NCBI GenBank assembly: GCA_046538535.1
Contig: JBKHIS010000001.1
Coordinates: forward strand, 1 to 44,356
DNA length: 44,356 nucleotides
DNA from: Candidatus Hadarchaeia archaeon
GTDB lineage: Archaea; Hadarchaeota; Hadarchaeia; Hadarchaeales; JAGGTB01
Direction: 5' to 3'
Below the pieces are notes generated by a model. It ran no database searches and had not been told where the DNA came from. It saw nothing but the letters and a program-made list of their open reading frames with translations. Shown here piece by piece: positions 34,146-43,277 of the stretch. The translations under genes and the position numbers were made by a program. How positions within the stretch are numbered: position 1 is the stretch's first letter; each line of letters begins with the position of its first letter.

Positions 34146-34343
34146 TTAGGAATAACTAAAAATTTGGTAGGTTCCGTATACAGCCCCAATCAACCCTATT
34201 ATTAGTCCGGCTGCTAGCCCTAAGGGAATAAAACCAAATTTTTCACCTAGTTTATATCCGATAAGCCCTCCACCAACAACTGAAACGGCTATTTCCATGC
34301 CTACTCCAATGGCTTTTACGGCTTCTGGGAATTCTCTATTCAT
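34146..34343 (-). CDS. AtpZ/AtpI-like small membrane protein (ATPase_gene1-type)
   Basis: 65 aa. GVGMEIAVSVVGGGLIGYKLGEKFGFIPLGLAAGLIIGLIGAVYGTY matches the two-helix pattern of the putative F0F1-ATPase-associated AtpZ/AtpR family. Confidence 0.5.
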   Translation of the reverse strand: MNREFPEAVKAIGVGMEIAVSVVGGGLIGYKLGEKFGFIPLGLAAGLIIGLIGAVYGTYQIFSYS

Positions 34344-34455
34344 TGTTTAAACTTGTTCATTTTATAGTTACAATTCATTTTTTCTTTCTTGATGATATAT
34401 TTCTCTCCTTTAAACCGTAGTATTAATAAAAGGCTGTGAGTCAAAACCGATTGTA

Positions 34456-34992
34456 ATGAAAAAGCGAATATCGGGACTTGAAATAGAGATAGCTCGGGGG
34501 GACATATCGTCCCAGGAAGACGTTGAGGCCGTGGTTAATGCCGCCAATGCCCGCCTGAAACCTGGAGGGGGCGTCGCTGGGGCCATACATAGTGCTGCAG
34601 GACCAGGTCTTGTAGAAGAGTGTAGGCCATTGGCCCCTATTGAACCCGGTGAGGCGGTGATTACTGGTGCTTACAATCTTCCCAATGATAGTGTTATCCA
34701 TTGTCTGGGTCCGGTTTATGGTAAGGATGAACCATCGGAAGAACTTCTATCAAACTGTTACCAAAATGTGCTCGAGCTTGTTGAAGAAAACGGGATAGAG
34801 TCCATTGCATTTCCGGCTATATCCACTGGGGCCTTTGGATATCCTTTGAAGGAAGCAGCTGAAGTTGCCTTTAAAACGCTAAAGAGAAAATTTTCTGATT
34901 TGGAAAACGTTAAGTTAATTAGATTCGTTCTTTTTGGCGAAGAAGCTTTTGAAGTCCACAAAGAAAAGTTCACTGAGATATTTGAGGATTAG
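34456..34992 (+). CDS. Macro domain protein (ADP-ribose binding / O-acetyl-ADP-ribose deacetylase-like)
   Basis: 178 aa. GDISSQEDVEAVVNAANARLKPGGGVAGAIHSAAGP and IAFPAISTGAFGYP motifs. Confidence 0.9.
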   Translation: MKKRISGLEIEIARGDISSQEDVEAVVNAANARLKPGGGVAGAIHSAAGPGLVEECRPLAPIEPGEAVITGAYNLPNDSVIHCLGPVYGKDEPSEELLSNCYQNVLELVEENGIESIAFPAISTGAFGYPLKEAAEVAFKTLKRKFSDLENVKLIRFVLFGEEAFEVHKEKFTEIFED

Positions 34993-35165
34993 CCTTATTA
35001 GGTTTGTAATTTTTGGTTCATTCTTCTTAATTTAAATCTGCGTTTTCTGTTTCATGTGTTAATTACTTTTTGATTTACTACGGATTTCTGAAAATTTCTA
35101 GAAAGCTTGCCACGTTTTTTCGAGCATGTCATAATATCGAGCTCTTGAACTTCAATTGACTATAA

Positions 35166-35867
35166 TTAACCGCGACTTCTTTTTGAAACCTGAGGGTTTG
35201 TTTCGGTTATTTTTTTCCATATCGATTCGAAATTTTCGTTATCCTCAAGTTCTCTTTGTAAGAATATTCCTGTTTTTCCGACCTTATCTCGTTTAGTAAG
35301 AACTTCTATTCGTTCCGCTACGATTTCGATACTAACGCCTAGAATCTTTGCAACCTCGTTTTCCCTTCCGATAACTTGGCTTTCCTTATGTCCATCTTTC
35401 AGTGGTTCGATTAGAATTAGCCTTTTGTCAACCCCAGGGACTCTTTCTTCGTTTTTTAATTGCTTGATATTTGCGGCTCCTCCGAATTCGTAAAATTCTT
35501 TCTCAAGCCTCTTTGGTTTCTCGAGAGGTATAGTTACCATTTTGCTTTCATCGAGCATTATGTGTCCCTTAGGCAATTGCCATGGAGTGGCCATGACTAT
35601 CTTCCTCTTTAGGTTTCTGTAATCTGCATTCCTTAGGGCTAGCTCAACCTTAAAGGAGGATGTGAAGTGAGGGACCATTATGTCTATATCGCTCTTTTTC
35701 CCCACATCTCCCCTGGCGACGGATCCATGTACAATTCCTTCGATGTTATATTTTTCAAGGGATTTCAGTATTTTCTCTGCTTCCCCTCGAAATTTTTCTA
35801 ACCTTCTCCAGTCCTCCTCGGAGTAAGTCACTTTCTTGCTGCTGAAAGTTCTTTTTGGGCGATTCAT
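35166..35867 (-). CDS. Pol-beta-superfamily nucleotidyltransferase domain protein with a C-terminal extension
   Basis: 233 aa. HGSVARGDVGKKSDIDIMV (GS..D.D NTase motif). The C-terminal ~130 aa are unassigned. Confidence 0.7.
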   Translation of the reverse strand: MNRPKRTFSSKKVTYSEEDWRRLEKFRGEAEKILKSLEKYNIEGIVHGSVARGDVGKKSDIDIMVPHFTSSFKVELALRNADYRNLKRKIVMATPWQLPKGHIMLDESKMVTIPLEKPKRLEKEFYEFGGAANIKQLKNEERVPGVDKRLILIEPLKDGHKESQVIGRENEVAKILGVSIEIVAERIEVLTKRDKVGKTGIFLQRELEDNENFESIWKKITETNPQVSKRSRG

Positions 35868-36059
35868 CTCTATAAAGCCTAGTTCTGGGTAAACTTAATT
35901 TTTTGGAGTGTTCTTGAGTTATTTTTTGGATCGATGGCCCTCTGCTTAGGGAAGAATTTTCTTATCTTCTTTACTTTAGTTAAATGGAAATGGTTTGGAG
36001 GTAGAAAAGAACCTCTAGGCCATTGATTTTCTAGAGTTTCTGATCTTGGAAGGTGGAAG

Positions 36060-36134
36060 CGGGCCCGGAGGGATTTGAACCCACGACTTGCTGGTCCGAA
36101 GCCAGCCGCTCTATCCGGACTGAGCTACGGGCCC
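36060..36134 (-). tRNA. tRNA-Arg (anticodon TCG)
   Basis: GGGCCCGTAGCTCAGTCCGGATAGAGCGGCTGGCTTCGGACCAGCAAGTCGTGGGTTCAAATCCCTCCGGGCCCG. Hand-folded cloverleaf with anticodon loop CTTCGGA. There is one U50-U64 mismatch in the T stem. Confidence 0.88.
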
Positions 36135-36157
36135 TCTTTCCTAATTTCTGTTTCATC

Positions 36158-36171
36158 CATTATTATTTTTC
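36158..36171 (-). promoter_or_regulatory. Candidate TATA box for tRNA-Arg
   Basis: Minus-strand AAAAATAATAATGG is centred about 30 nt upstream of tRNA position 1. Confidence 0.4.
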
Positions 36172-36263
36172 TTAGGAAGGGCACTGACTAAGGTGTTGGC
36201 TATTAGCTCTATTTCGGTTTTTTCCCACGGTATCTCAAACGCACTCCACCGGATAATCTTAAG

Positions 36264-36279
36264 GAAAGCTTTTATTTTT
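36264..36279 (+). promoter_or_regulatory. Candidate BRE/TATA for apgM
   Basis: GAAAGCTTTTATTTTT lies about 30 nt upstream of the ATG at 36306, which implies a very short leader. Confidence 0.4.
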
Positions 36280-36305
36280 CCGAGAACCTTCTTTAATCTG
36301 GTAAT

Positions 36306-37538
36306 ATGAAAGCGTTAATGGCTATTTGTGATGGTCTGGGTGGACGTCCCACTGATTTTGAAGGCAAGACATGCTTGGAGGCCGCCGAAACGCCTAATAT
36401 CGATGAGTTGGCAGAGATTGGAACCACAGGTCTTTTGGATCCTATTAAACCAGGAGTTCGTCCTGGAAGCGATACTTCCCATCTTTCGTTGTTTGGTTAC
36501 GATCCCTATCAATACTACACTGGCAGAGGAATTTTCGAAGCGATGGGAATAGGCATGTCAGTTTCGGAAAATGACGTAAGCTTCAGGACCAATTTCGCAA
36601 CAGTAGATGAAAACATGATCCTCAAGGATAGAAGGGCGGGAAGAATAACGGAGGGTCAGGATCAGTTAGAAAAAGCGTTGAAGCAGATTGAACTTTCTGA
36701 TTACTCCGTTGAGGTCGATTTCAAGGCGAGTACCGAACATCGAGGTGCGCTGGTATTGAGAGGTGAAGGGCTCTCTGGGAATATATCCGATGCGGATCCT
36801 CATGAAACCGGTGTAAAGGTTTCTGGTTCAGAACCTCTTGATGACGAGAGTTCTTCAAAGAGAACTTCAGAAATCGTCAATGAACTCATAGAGCAATCCT
36901 ACGAGATTCTTTCTGAACTCCCTTTAAATAAAAGAAGGGAAGAGGAAGGAAAACTTCAGGCAAATATGATACTGCCCCGAGGAGCGGCTGTATGTCCGGA
37001 TATACCGTCCTTGGAGAAAAGATACGGCATTAAGGGGTTAATGACTGGAGCTGGCGCCCTGTACATCGGTGTTGCAAGGGCTTTGGGCATGGATTTCAAG
37101 AAAGCAAAAGGCGTGACGGGAGGAGCCGATTCCCCCATTATAAATAAGGGCAAGCTCGCCGTCAGAGAACTGGAGAAAGGTAGGGACTTCGTCTTTATAC
37201 ATATGAAGGGAGCTGACTCATGCGCCCACGACCACGATGCGAAAGCCAAGATATCTTATATAGAAAAGGTAGATGGGGTAATTGGTTATCTTCTAAATAA
37301 CCTTGACATGGAAGACACCCATATCGCATTTACCGGCGATCACACAACCCCGATTCAGTATGGAGACCATACCTCCGATCCAGTTCCGCTGGCTTTTTCC
37401 GGCCCCAATATAGTTCCGGATGAAGTTCGCGGATTCGATGAAAGAAAAGTGCAGAAAGGTGGAGTTGGGAGAATAAGTGGAAACGTGACTCCGATTCTGT
37501 TTGGCTATTGTAACTGGCTGGATAAGTTTGGGGCGTAA
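36306..37538 (+). CDS. apgM: 2,3-bisphosphoglycerate-independent phosphoglycerate mutase, archaeal type
   Basis: 410 aa. MAICDGLGGRP, TPNIDELA, GSDTSHLSLFGYDP, HMKGADSCAHDHD and FTGDHTTP motifs. Confidence 0.92.
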   Translation: MKALMAICDGLGGRPTDFEGKTCLEAAETPNIDELAEIGTTGLLDPIKPGVRPGSDTSHLSLFGYDPYQYYTGRGIFEAMGIGMSVSENDVSFRTNFATVDENMILKDRRAGRITEGQDQLEKALKQIELSDYSVEVDFKASTEHRGALVLRGEGLSGNISDADPHETGVKVSGSEPLDDESSSKRTSEIVNELIEQSYEILSELPLNKRREEEGKLQANMILPRGAAVCPDIPSLEKRYGIKGLMTGAGALYIGVARALGMDFKKAKGVTGGADSPIINKGKLAVRELEKGRDFVFIHMKGADSCAHDHDAKAKISYIEKVDGVIGYLLNNLDMEDTHIAFTGDHTTPIQYGDHTSDPVPLAFSGPNIVPDEVRGFDERKVQKGGVGRISGNVTPILFGYCNWLDKFGA

Positions 37539-37540
37539 TT

Positions 37541-37587
37541 GGATCGGTTTATTCGATGGATCCCTTTTTCTTCTCTTTTTTGTTTTT
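37541..37587 (+). terminator. Candidate terminator after apgM
   Basis: A weak GGATC..GATCC hairpin is followed by the T-rich tract CTTTTTCTTCTCTTTTTTGTTTTT. Confidence 0.35.
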
Positions 37588-37653
37588 AAAACGATCTAGA
37601 GGAAAAAGTTACAAAAAGGGGAAGACAGTGTTGAGTATGAGGATGTGTAGAAA

Positions 37654-37878
37654 ATGGATAATGAAAAAGTCAAGGAAGTAATAGAACAGATTAGGCCTCA
37701 GCTCCAGGCTGACGGCGGCGACGTGGAGTTCGTTAATGCAACTGATGACGGAGTGGTCAAGGTCAGGCTCGTCGGTGCGTGTGCAGGCTGCCCTATGTCT
37801 ACAATGACTTTGGCTATGGGAATAGAGAAGACCCTCAAGGAAAAAATACCCGAAGTAGAGAAGGTCGAAGCTGTTTGA
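37654..37878 (+). CDS. NifU-like (Nfu-type) Fe-S cluster scaffold domain protein
   Basis: 74 aa. IRPQLQADGGDVEFV and GACAGCPMS motifs. Confidence 0.88.
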   Translation: MDNEKVKEVIEQIRPQLQADGGDVEFVNATDDGVVKVRLVGACAGCPMSTMTLAMGIEKTLKEKIPEVEKVEAV

Positions 37879-37929
37879 GGGCGACTCAGTTTTTCGTCAT
37901 AGACCGATCGTTTGATTTGGAACGCTTAG

Positions 37930-39333
37930 ATGGGTGATTTAGTGGTTAATCCAGGTAAGGCTACTGAAAAGATTATGAAACATCAAAATGGGTCCATTAA
38001 TCTCATTTCCCATATGGATGCAGATGGCATCTGTTCTGCTGCTTTGATCTCAAATGCTTTGGACAGATTGGAAATCCGTCACCATGTAAAGTTCGTCCAC
38101 ATGTTGTATCCTGATGTAGTTGAAGAACTCGAGATTGGAGAGCTGCCCGTTTTTACGGATTTGGGAAGTTCTCAACTAAGTAATTTAAAACCCAAATTCG
38201 GAGGCAACGATGCCGTCGTTATAGACCATCATGTTCCTGAGGTAGAATATGAATGGGAAGAGTTGGCACATTTTAATGCTCATTTGGAGGGAATTGACGG
38301 AGTTCAAGAAATTAGCGGTTCTGGCATGGCTTATCTAGTGGCGAAGGAGCTGGACTCACGTAATAAGGATCTCTCGGTCCAGGCACTTGGAGGAGCAGTG
38401 GGCGATGTACAGAATGCTTGGGGCGAAGTCAAGGGATATAACCGTAGGATAGTGGAGGATGGGGGAGAGGTCGGTGTTATAGGCCGGGAGGAGGATCTTC
38501 TACTCTACGGCAGAAATACGAGGCCCGTATTTAAGGCTCTTATGAGGATAAGTGATCCTCCCGTTCCAGGCGTTACCAACTCCGTGGAGGGGGCCGTGAG
38601 CATGCTTAAGGACCTTGATATCCCCTATAAAACGGAAGATGGGTATCGACGTCCGGTGGATCTCAGCGAGGAGGAAAAGAGAAAACTTGCTAGTGAACTC
38701 ATCACCCGAGCGATGTCTGATGTTCCAGAGGAACTAGCGAAGTACGTTCCTGGACTAATTGTGGGGGAAGTGTACACGTTCCTCAACGAGCAAGAAAGGT
38801 CCCTTCTTAGGGGTGCAGACGAGTTCGCAACCTGCATAAACGCCACAGCTCGCCATGAACAACCTTTGATTGGATATGAAGTTGCTAAAGGCGATCGGGG
38901 TGTGTATCAGAATAGGATGAGGAAGTTGTTGAACTATCACAGAAAGTGTATAGCAGAGGGAATGGATCATGTTAACGAGATTGGAGTTAAGGATGGCCCC
39001 CAGCAGTATTTACAGTATTTTGATGCCTCTGAGGTTTTGAAAAAGACTTTTATTGGTACCGTTGCAAGCCTCACTTTAGCTCAGGACGGTGTGGACCCGT
39101 ATAGGCCGATGCTGGGTATAGTGGATGATGATGGCGTAGCGAAGGTCTCTGCAAGGTGCTCAAAACTGCTTTTCTTGAGAGGATTGGATATGGGGCAGGC
39201 CATTGAGATTGCGGCAGATGAGGTTGAGGGTGAAGGGGGTGGACATGCAGTGGCGTGTGGCGCTCAAATTGATGGTGATAGGATAGATGATTTTGTGGAG
39301 ATTTTCGAAGACGAGCTTTTGAACATGGTCTAA
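37930..39333 (+). CDS. DHH/DHHA1 phosphoesterase, archaeal RecJ/Cdc45-like (GAN-like) nuclease
   Basis: 467 aa. HMDADGICSAA, VIDHH and GGGHAVACGAQI motifs. Confidence 0.82.
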   Translation: MGDLVVNPGKATEKIMKHQNGSINLISHMDADGICSAALISNALDRLEIRHHVKFVHMLYPDVVEELEIGELPVFTDLGSSQLSNLKPKFGGNDAVVIDHHVPEVEYEWEELAHFNAHLEGIDGVQEISGSGMAYLVAKELDSRNKDLSVQALGGAVGDVQNAWGEVKGYNRRIVEDGGEVGVIGREEDLLLYGRNTRPVFKALMRISDPPVPGVTNSVEGAVSMLKDLDIPYKTEDGYRRPVDLSEEEKRKLASELITRAMSDVPEELAKYVPGLIVGEVYTFLNEQERSLLRGADEFATCINATARHEQPLIGYEVAKGDRGVYQNRMRKLLNYHRKCIAEGMDHVNEIGVKDGPQQYLQYFDASEVLKKTFIGTVASLTLAQDGVDPYRPMLGIVDDDGVAKVSARCSKLLFLRGLDMGQAIEIAADEVEGEGGGHAVACGAQIDGDRIDDFVEIFEDELLNMV

Positions 39334-39339
39334 TTGGTT

Positions 39340-39639
39340 CTATAGTAACTGGCTTGAGAACATTCCGATCGAAATGAGCAGGAAGATCAAGGAACCCGCT
39401 AGAAAAAATTTTCTCAACCCAAATTTACGTAGGGGGCGGTGAAGAAATGTGGTGTCGAGCGTTAAGGCAAAGGATAGGTAGGCTGAGAGTATTCCTCCAA
39501 TCCACCTAAACTCTATCTCAAGAAGTGCTAAGACGAATACTATTATACCCCCAACTAGTAGTATGAAGCTTATAGATATTCCTAGGAAATAGAGAAGTAT
39601 TCTCCTCTCTTTCTTCTCCGAATCATCTGGTTCTATCAA
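39340..39639 (-). CDS. Hypothetical membrane protein
   Basis: 99 aa with three hydrophobic helices. It overlaps the upstream UPF0216 gene by 17 nt. Confidence 0.5.
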   Translation of the reverse strand: MIEPDDSEKKERRILLYFLGISISFILLVGGIIVFVLALLEIEFRWIGGILSAYLSFALTLDTTFLHRPLRKFGLRKFFLAGSLIFLLISIGMFSSQLL

Positions 39640-40057
39640 CTGAACCGCCTCTGGAGGATATCATGAAGGCGTATTGTGTTGTCGTTGGAAGTTTCTTACG
39701 GATTTTTCGAGTTTCCGGTCGGTAGATTATCATTTCGGTTTCTCCGTCATTTCTCTCACTCTTAAGAATTTTTTTAATCACCCTTTGTTCTGTTTTGCCG
39801 GAGACCTTAGCGGAACCTCGTCCGAGCTGAGGAGTAATTCGAATTAATATTGGAAGTCTAAGTTTTGAGTGCTCATCTTCGGGGATCAGATTGGAAAGGA
39901 AATCTAATTCTTTTCTTTTGAATCTCTGTGTAGTTCCGTCTTTATTTTGTACTTCCGGTTTTTCCATTTTCAGAAGCTCCTCTAAGGTCTTTCTGTCTTT
40001 GGGTAGATGCTGATTTAGCTGGCCCAGTTCCTTTTTGAGAAAATCATCCTCTTTCAT
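39623..40057 (-). CDS. UPF0216 (DUF61) family protein
   Basis: 144 aa. LNQHLPKDRKTLEELLKMEKPEV..DGTTQRFKRKELDFLSNLIPEDEHSKLRLPILI..IIYRPETRKIRKKLPTTTQYAF matches the archaeal UPF0216 pattern. Confidence 0.72.
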   Translation of the reverse strand: MKEDDFLKKELGQLNQHLPKDRKTLEELLKMEKPEVQNKDGTTQRFKRKELDFLSNLIPEDEHSKLRLPILIRITPQLGRGSAKVSGKTEQRVIKKILKSERNDGETEMIIYRPETRKIRKKLPTTTQYAFMISSRGGSVDRTR

Positions 40058-40201
40058 TTTTTTTCAGCTGATTAATTTTCGTTGATTTATCAATTATTGA
40101 GCCCTGCTGGGTTATTGGACTTTTTGGTTCTTTGGACGCTTATAGTTTCAGCGTATTTCCGGCATTTAGTTTTTTGGAGCATTCTTGTTGAGTCAAAACG
40201 T

Positions 40202-42001
40202 CTACATTGTTCTTTTAAGGTACTTCTCAAGGATTTCAAAGGCCCTAATTTTCTGCTCGATGTCAGTGCTTCCGTGTCCTTCCTCCTCCAATTCCCTGTA
40301 TTCGAAGTCTTCTCCGTCTTTCCATCCCATTTTTTCCAGTGATTCTTTGAACAGTCTCGCTTGCTCTATTGGACATCTTCTATCGTTCACTCCGTGGATA
40401 ATAAGTATCGGTCTTTCTATATTTTCGACCTTTTCTATAGGACTTCTCTCACGCCATAGTTCATAGTTTTCTTCTGGATCACCCATTTGCTCTTCGAGCA
40501 TTGCTTGGAAGTGAGGCATATCGGAGCTATAGAGTTTGTGTAAGTCGGTTATTCCAACCCAAGCGATTCCGGTGGTCCAAAGCTTTGAATACTTTACCAT
40601 CTGCATATAGGTGCTGTATCCACCATATGAACCTCCAAAGACCGCTACTTTTTTGTCATCTATCCAGTCCCTGTTCTTTAGCCATTTTCCTCCTTCTGCG
40701 ATATCTTCCTGTTCCTTTCCCCCCCAATCCATGTGAATCATCCTCTTGAATTTTCTCCCTCTCCCAGTTGATCCTCTGTAGTTTGGCTTTAGGACGGTGT
40801 ATCCTCGATTTACTAGAAACTGTGAGTATATATCGAAGCCTCTAGTTGCTTGGGCGTGTGGTCCGCCATGGACAAAAACAATAGCGGGAGAAGGATTTTT
40901 ATCAGCTTTGTACAGAATTCCTCCTATTTTCAGACCGTCTGATGATTCATATGTTATGTAATCGGATTCTACGAAGTTTTCTTTTTTTATATTTCCGTAT
41001 TCAGCTTCCAGTAAAATTTTAAATTCATTTTTTTCAAGATCATATTCATAAAGTTCCTTTCTTTTTTTGCTAGTTGTGTAGGATAGAATTGATGTTTTTT
41101 TGGATGTGAATATTTCTGAGATCCCGCCGTGCGGAAATCCGCAAACGCCTTCGTTTAGCTCGAGCTCCTCTGACTTCCCTTTCAAGCCATATATTAAAGG
41201 AACTCGGGCTCCTCGCTTTGCTCTAACTGCGATGAATCCGTCCCCGTCCGGGGTAAACGAGACTGGATATTCTTCGTAATCTTCGGAACCGTACCAACTG
41301 ATGTTTTCACTTTTTACATTGTAGATGCCGCTTCTAGTCATGTCCGTCGTGTTGTCCGCTACTAGTAAGCGTTTGCCTTCTGGTCCCCATCCAACGGGTG
41401 TTTTTTCATATCCTGCATCCCCGATTTCTAATTTTTTCTTCTCGTTTCCATCCGCATTACAGATGTATACATCCTTATTTTCGAGATCCGATGATTCGTT
41501 AGTTCTGTAGGCTATTAGTTTGTCATCCGGACTGAAGATCGCCTGGAGTACGGGTCTTTCGTAATCTGTTATTTTTTTCGTTTCTCCTTTTCCTACGTAG
41601 TGCGTATAGAGATTGAGTTGATCGTCGCGGTCGCTGGAAAAGAGAATCAGATCACCGTCGCTTGAGACATCCTGAATTATACATTGTCCAGAAAAATCAA
41701 TTATTTCGTTTACGTTTCCTTCCATATCTATTGAGTAGATGTCGTTCTGCTCATTTCCCTCTCGGTCCTTGTGGAAAAGCACCTCTTCCTCGTTTTTCCA
41801 TTTTAAAAACCATCTTGCGTTTCGTGGAACTTCGCCGTCGCTTATCCTTGTTATTTCTCTAGATTTGACGTCTATTGTATATAACTCGTTTCTTCCGGTT
41901 TTATCCCAATAGAACGCGATCTTATTTCCTTTTGGTGAAACTATTGCATGATAAAATTCTGGAAGGCTTGCGATTTCCTCCAAGGGGAATTTCTTTTCCA
42001 T
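40202..42001 (-). CDS. S9 family serine peptidase (prolyl oligopeptidase / acylaminoacyl-peptidase-like) with an N-terminal beta-propeller
   Basis: 599 aa. Repeated propeller blades (SPDG.., DIY), nucleophile elbow VFGGSYGGY and a C-terminal EEEGHG. Confidence 0.88.
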   Translation of the reverse strand: MEKKFPLEEIASLPEFYHAIVSPKGNKIAFYWDKTGRNELYTIDVKSREITRISDGEVPRNARWFLKWKNEEEVLFHKDREGNEQNDIYSIDMEGNVNEIIDFSGQCIIQDVSSDGDLILFSSDRDDQLNLYTHYVGKGETKKITDYERPVLQAIFSPDDKLIAYRTNESSDLENKDVYICNADGNEKKKLEIGDAGYEKTPVGWGPEGKRLLVADNTTDMTRSGIYNVKSENISWYGSEDYEEYPVSFTPDGDGFIAVRAKRGARVPLIYGLKGKSEELELNEGVCGFPHGGISEIFTSKKTSILSYTTSKKRKELYEYDLEKNEFKILLEAEYGNIKKENFVESDYITYESSDGLKIGGILYKADKNPSPAIVFVHGGPHAQATRGFDIYSQFLVNRGYTVLKPNYRGSTGRGRKFKRMIHMDWGGKEQEDIAEGGKWLKNRDWIDDKKVAVFGGSYGGYSTYMQMVKYSKLWTTGIAWVGITDLHKLYSSDMPHFQAMLEEQMGDPEENYELWRERSPIEKVENIERPILIIHGVNDRRCPIEQARLFKESLEKMGWKDGEDFEYRELEEEGHGSTDIEQKIRAFEILEKYLKRTM

Positions 42002-42212
42002 TTAATCCTCTCTTTGTTATTTTTGACTAACCCTTATTATTTTTCCACTTGATTTATTTCTGTCTCCTTATTCCTTTTTCGCTGAATGTATTCATTTGAA
42101 CAATTGAATTTTTTAGCTTAGGATACCGTTCATAGACGTTGTTTATCTGTGGCGAAGGTATTAAATCGATCTTGGAGTAAGGTAGATATATGGGGTACAC
42201 GGGGTTAAAACG

Positions 42213-43166
42213 ATGAGATTTTTGGGAGTGGATAGTGGTGCTATGAATACGGAGTGCTTGGTCGTAAATTCTGATTGTGAGATATTGGGCTATGGGCTGA
42301 GTGGAGGTGGGAACTACCACAGGGTGGGCAAGGAGGCTGCAAGTATTAATATACAGGTGTGTGTTGAGGAGGCCGTTTCCTCGGTGGATATGGAGGAGGG
42401 CAAATTGGATTGGGGTGTGTATGGTATTTCGGGCCTTGATTGTGATGAGGATTTTGAAGTATACTCTGACATGCTGGATTTTGGTCTATGTAAGGAAAGA
42501 ACCTTGGTGAATCATGTGGTTCTTACTCATTACTCCGTCACTGCTGGTGACCCAGGTATTTCGGTCATGGCGTCCACGGGTTCTATAGTATACGGTGTTA
42601 ATAGTGATGCCGAGGATGTCAGGATTGGTGGGTGGGGATATTTGGTAGGGGACGAAGGAAGCGGATTTTACGTCGCCAGGCGCGGATTACAGGAGGCTAC
42701 TAAGGGCTATGATGGAAGGCGGGAGGAGACGAAGCTGATAGAGGCAGCCTTGGATTATTTCGAAATAGATAGCTTTGAGGATGTCTTTGCCCAAGTATAT
42801 GGGGAGGGTGGAAAGGAAAAACCAATTGCTCCATTTTCGGAATACGTTATAGAGCTGGCTTCCGAAGGGGATGAGGTGGCCAAAGAAATTGTCGATGAAT
42901 CTTGTAGGGAGCTTTTGAAGGCAGTTTTGGCAGCTAAGGAAGAGCTCAATTTAAGAGGAAATTTCAGAGTGGGGCTGTCAGGAAGGCTTTTTTCCTTTGA
43001 GTATTTCTTGTCCGAGTTTAAACGAGAGATCAAGTCCGAGATCCCTCGGGCTGATATTATGGATTCAATAACTCATCCCGTTGTAGGGGCGGTGGCCTTA
43101 GCTGCAGGGAAAGCGGGGTATAAACTGGCATTGGAGGACATTAAAGAGCTGGACTCGAAAATTTAA
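42213..43166 (+). CDS. BadF/BadG/BcrA/BcrD-type ATPase (N-acetylglucosamine kinase-like)
   Basis: 317 aa. FLGVDSGAMNTE, IGGWGYLVGDEGSGFYVARRG and HPVVGAVALA motifs. Confidence 0.8.
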   Translation: MRFLGVDSGAMNTECLVVNSDCEILGYGLSGGGNYHRVGKEAASINIQVCVEEAVSSVDMEEGKLDWGVYGISGLDCDEDFEVYSDMLDFGLCKERTLVNHVVLTHYSVTAGDPGISVMASTGSIVYGVNSDAEDVRIGGWGYLVGDEGSGFYVARRGLQEATKGYDGRREETKLIEAALDYFEIDSFEDVFAQVYGEGGKEKPIAPFSEYVIELASEGDEVAKEIVDESCRELLKAVLAAKEELNLRGNFRVGLSGRLFSFEYFLSEFKREIKSEIPRADIMDSITHPVVGAVALAAGKAGYKLALEDIKELDSKI

Positions 43167-43277
43167 CCCAAGTTGAATTATTGACTGGAGAAGTATTTTT
43201 TTATTTTTGAATTGTCCCAGAAGCGTTTTGGGGGGAATCTATAGGTTTAGAGGAACAGTCTATAACTGGAGACAACC

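Noticed and set aside
35166-36134. Integrated element or genomic island at tRNA-Arg (nucleotidyltransferase, macro domain and small unknown genes nearby)
   Set aside because: There is no integrase, recombinase or transposase ORF in the flanks. I did not see a duplicated tRNA 3' half by eye. The neighbouring genes belong to families that are common archaeal core or accessory genes.
42054-42320. 88-aa minus-strand ORF in the peptidase/kinase divergent region
   Set aside because: It overlaps the 5' end of the BadF-type kinase gene and the promoter region, and shows no motifs or SD.
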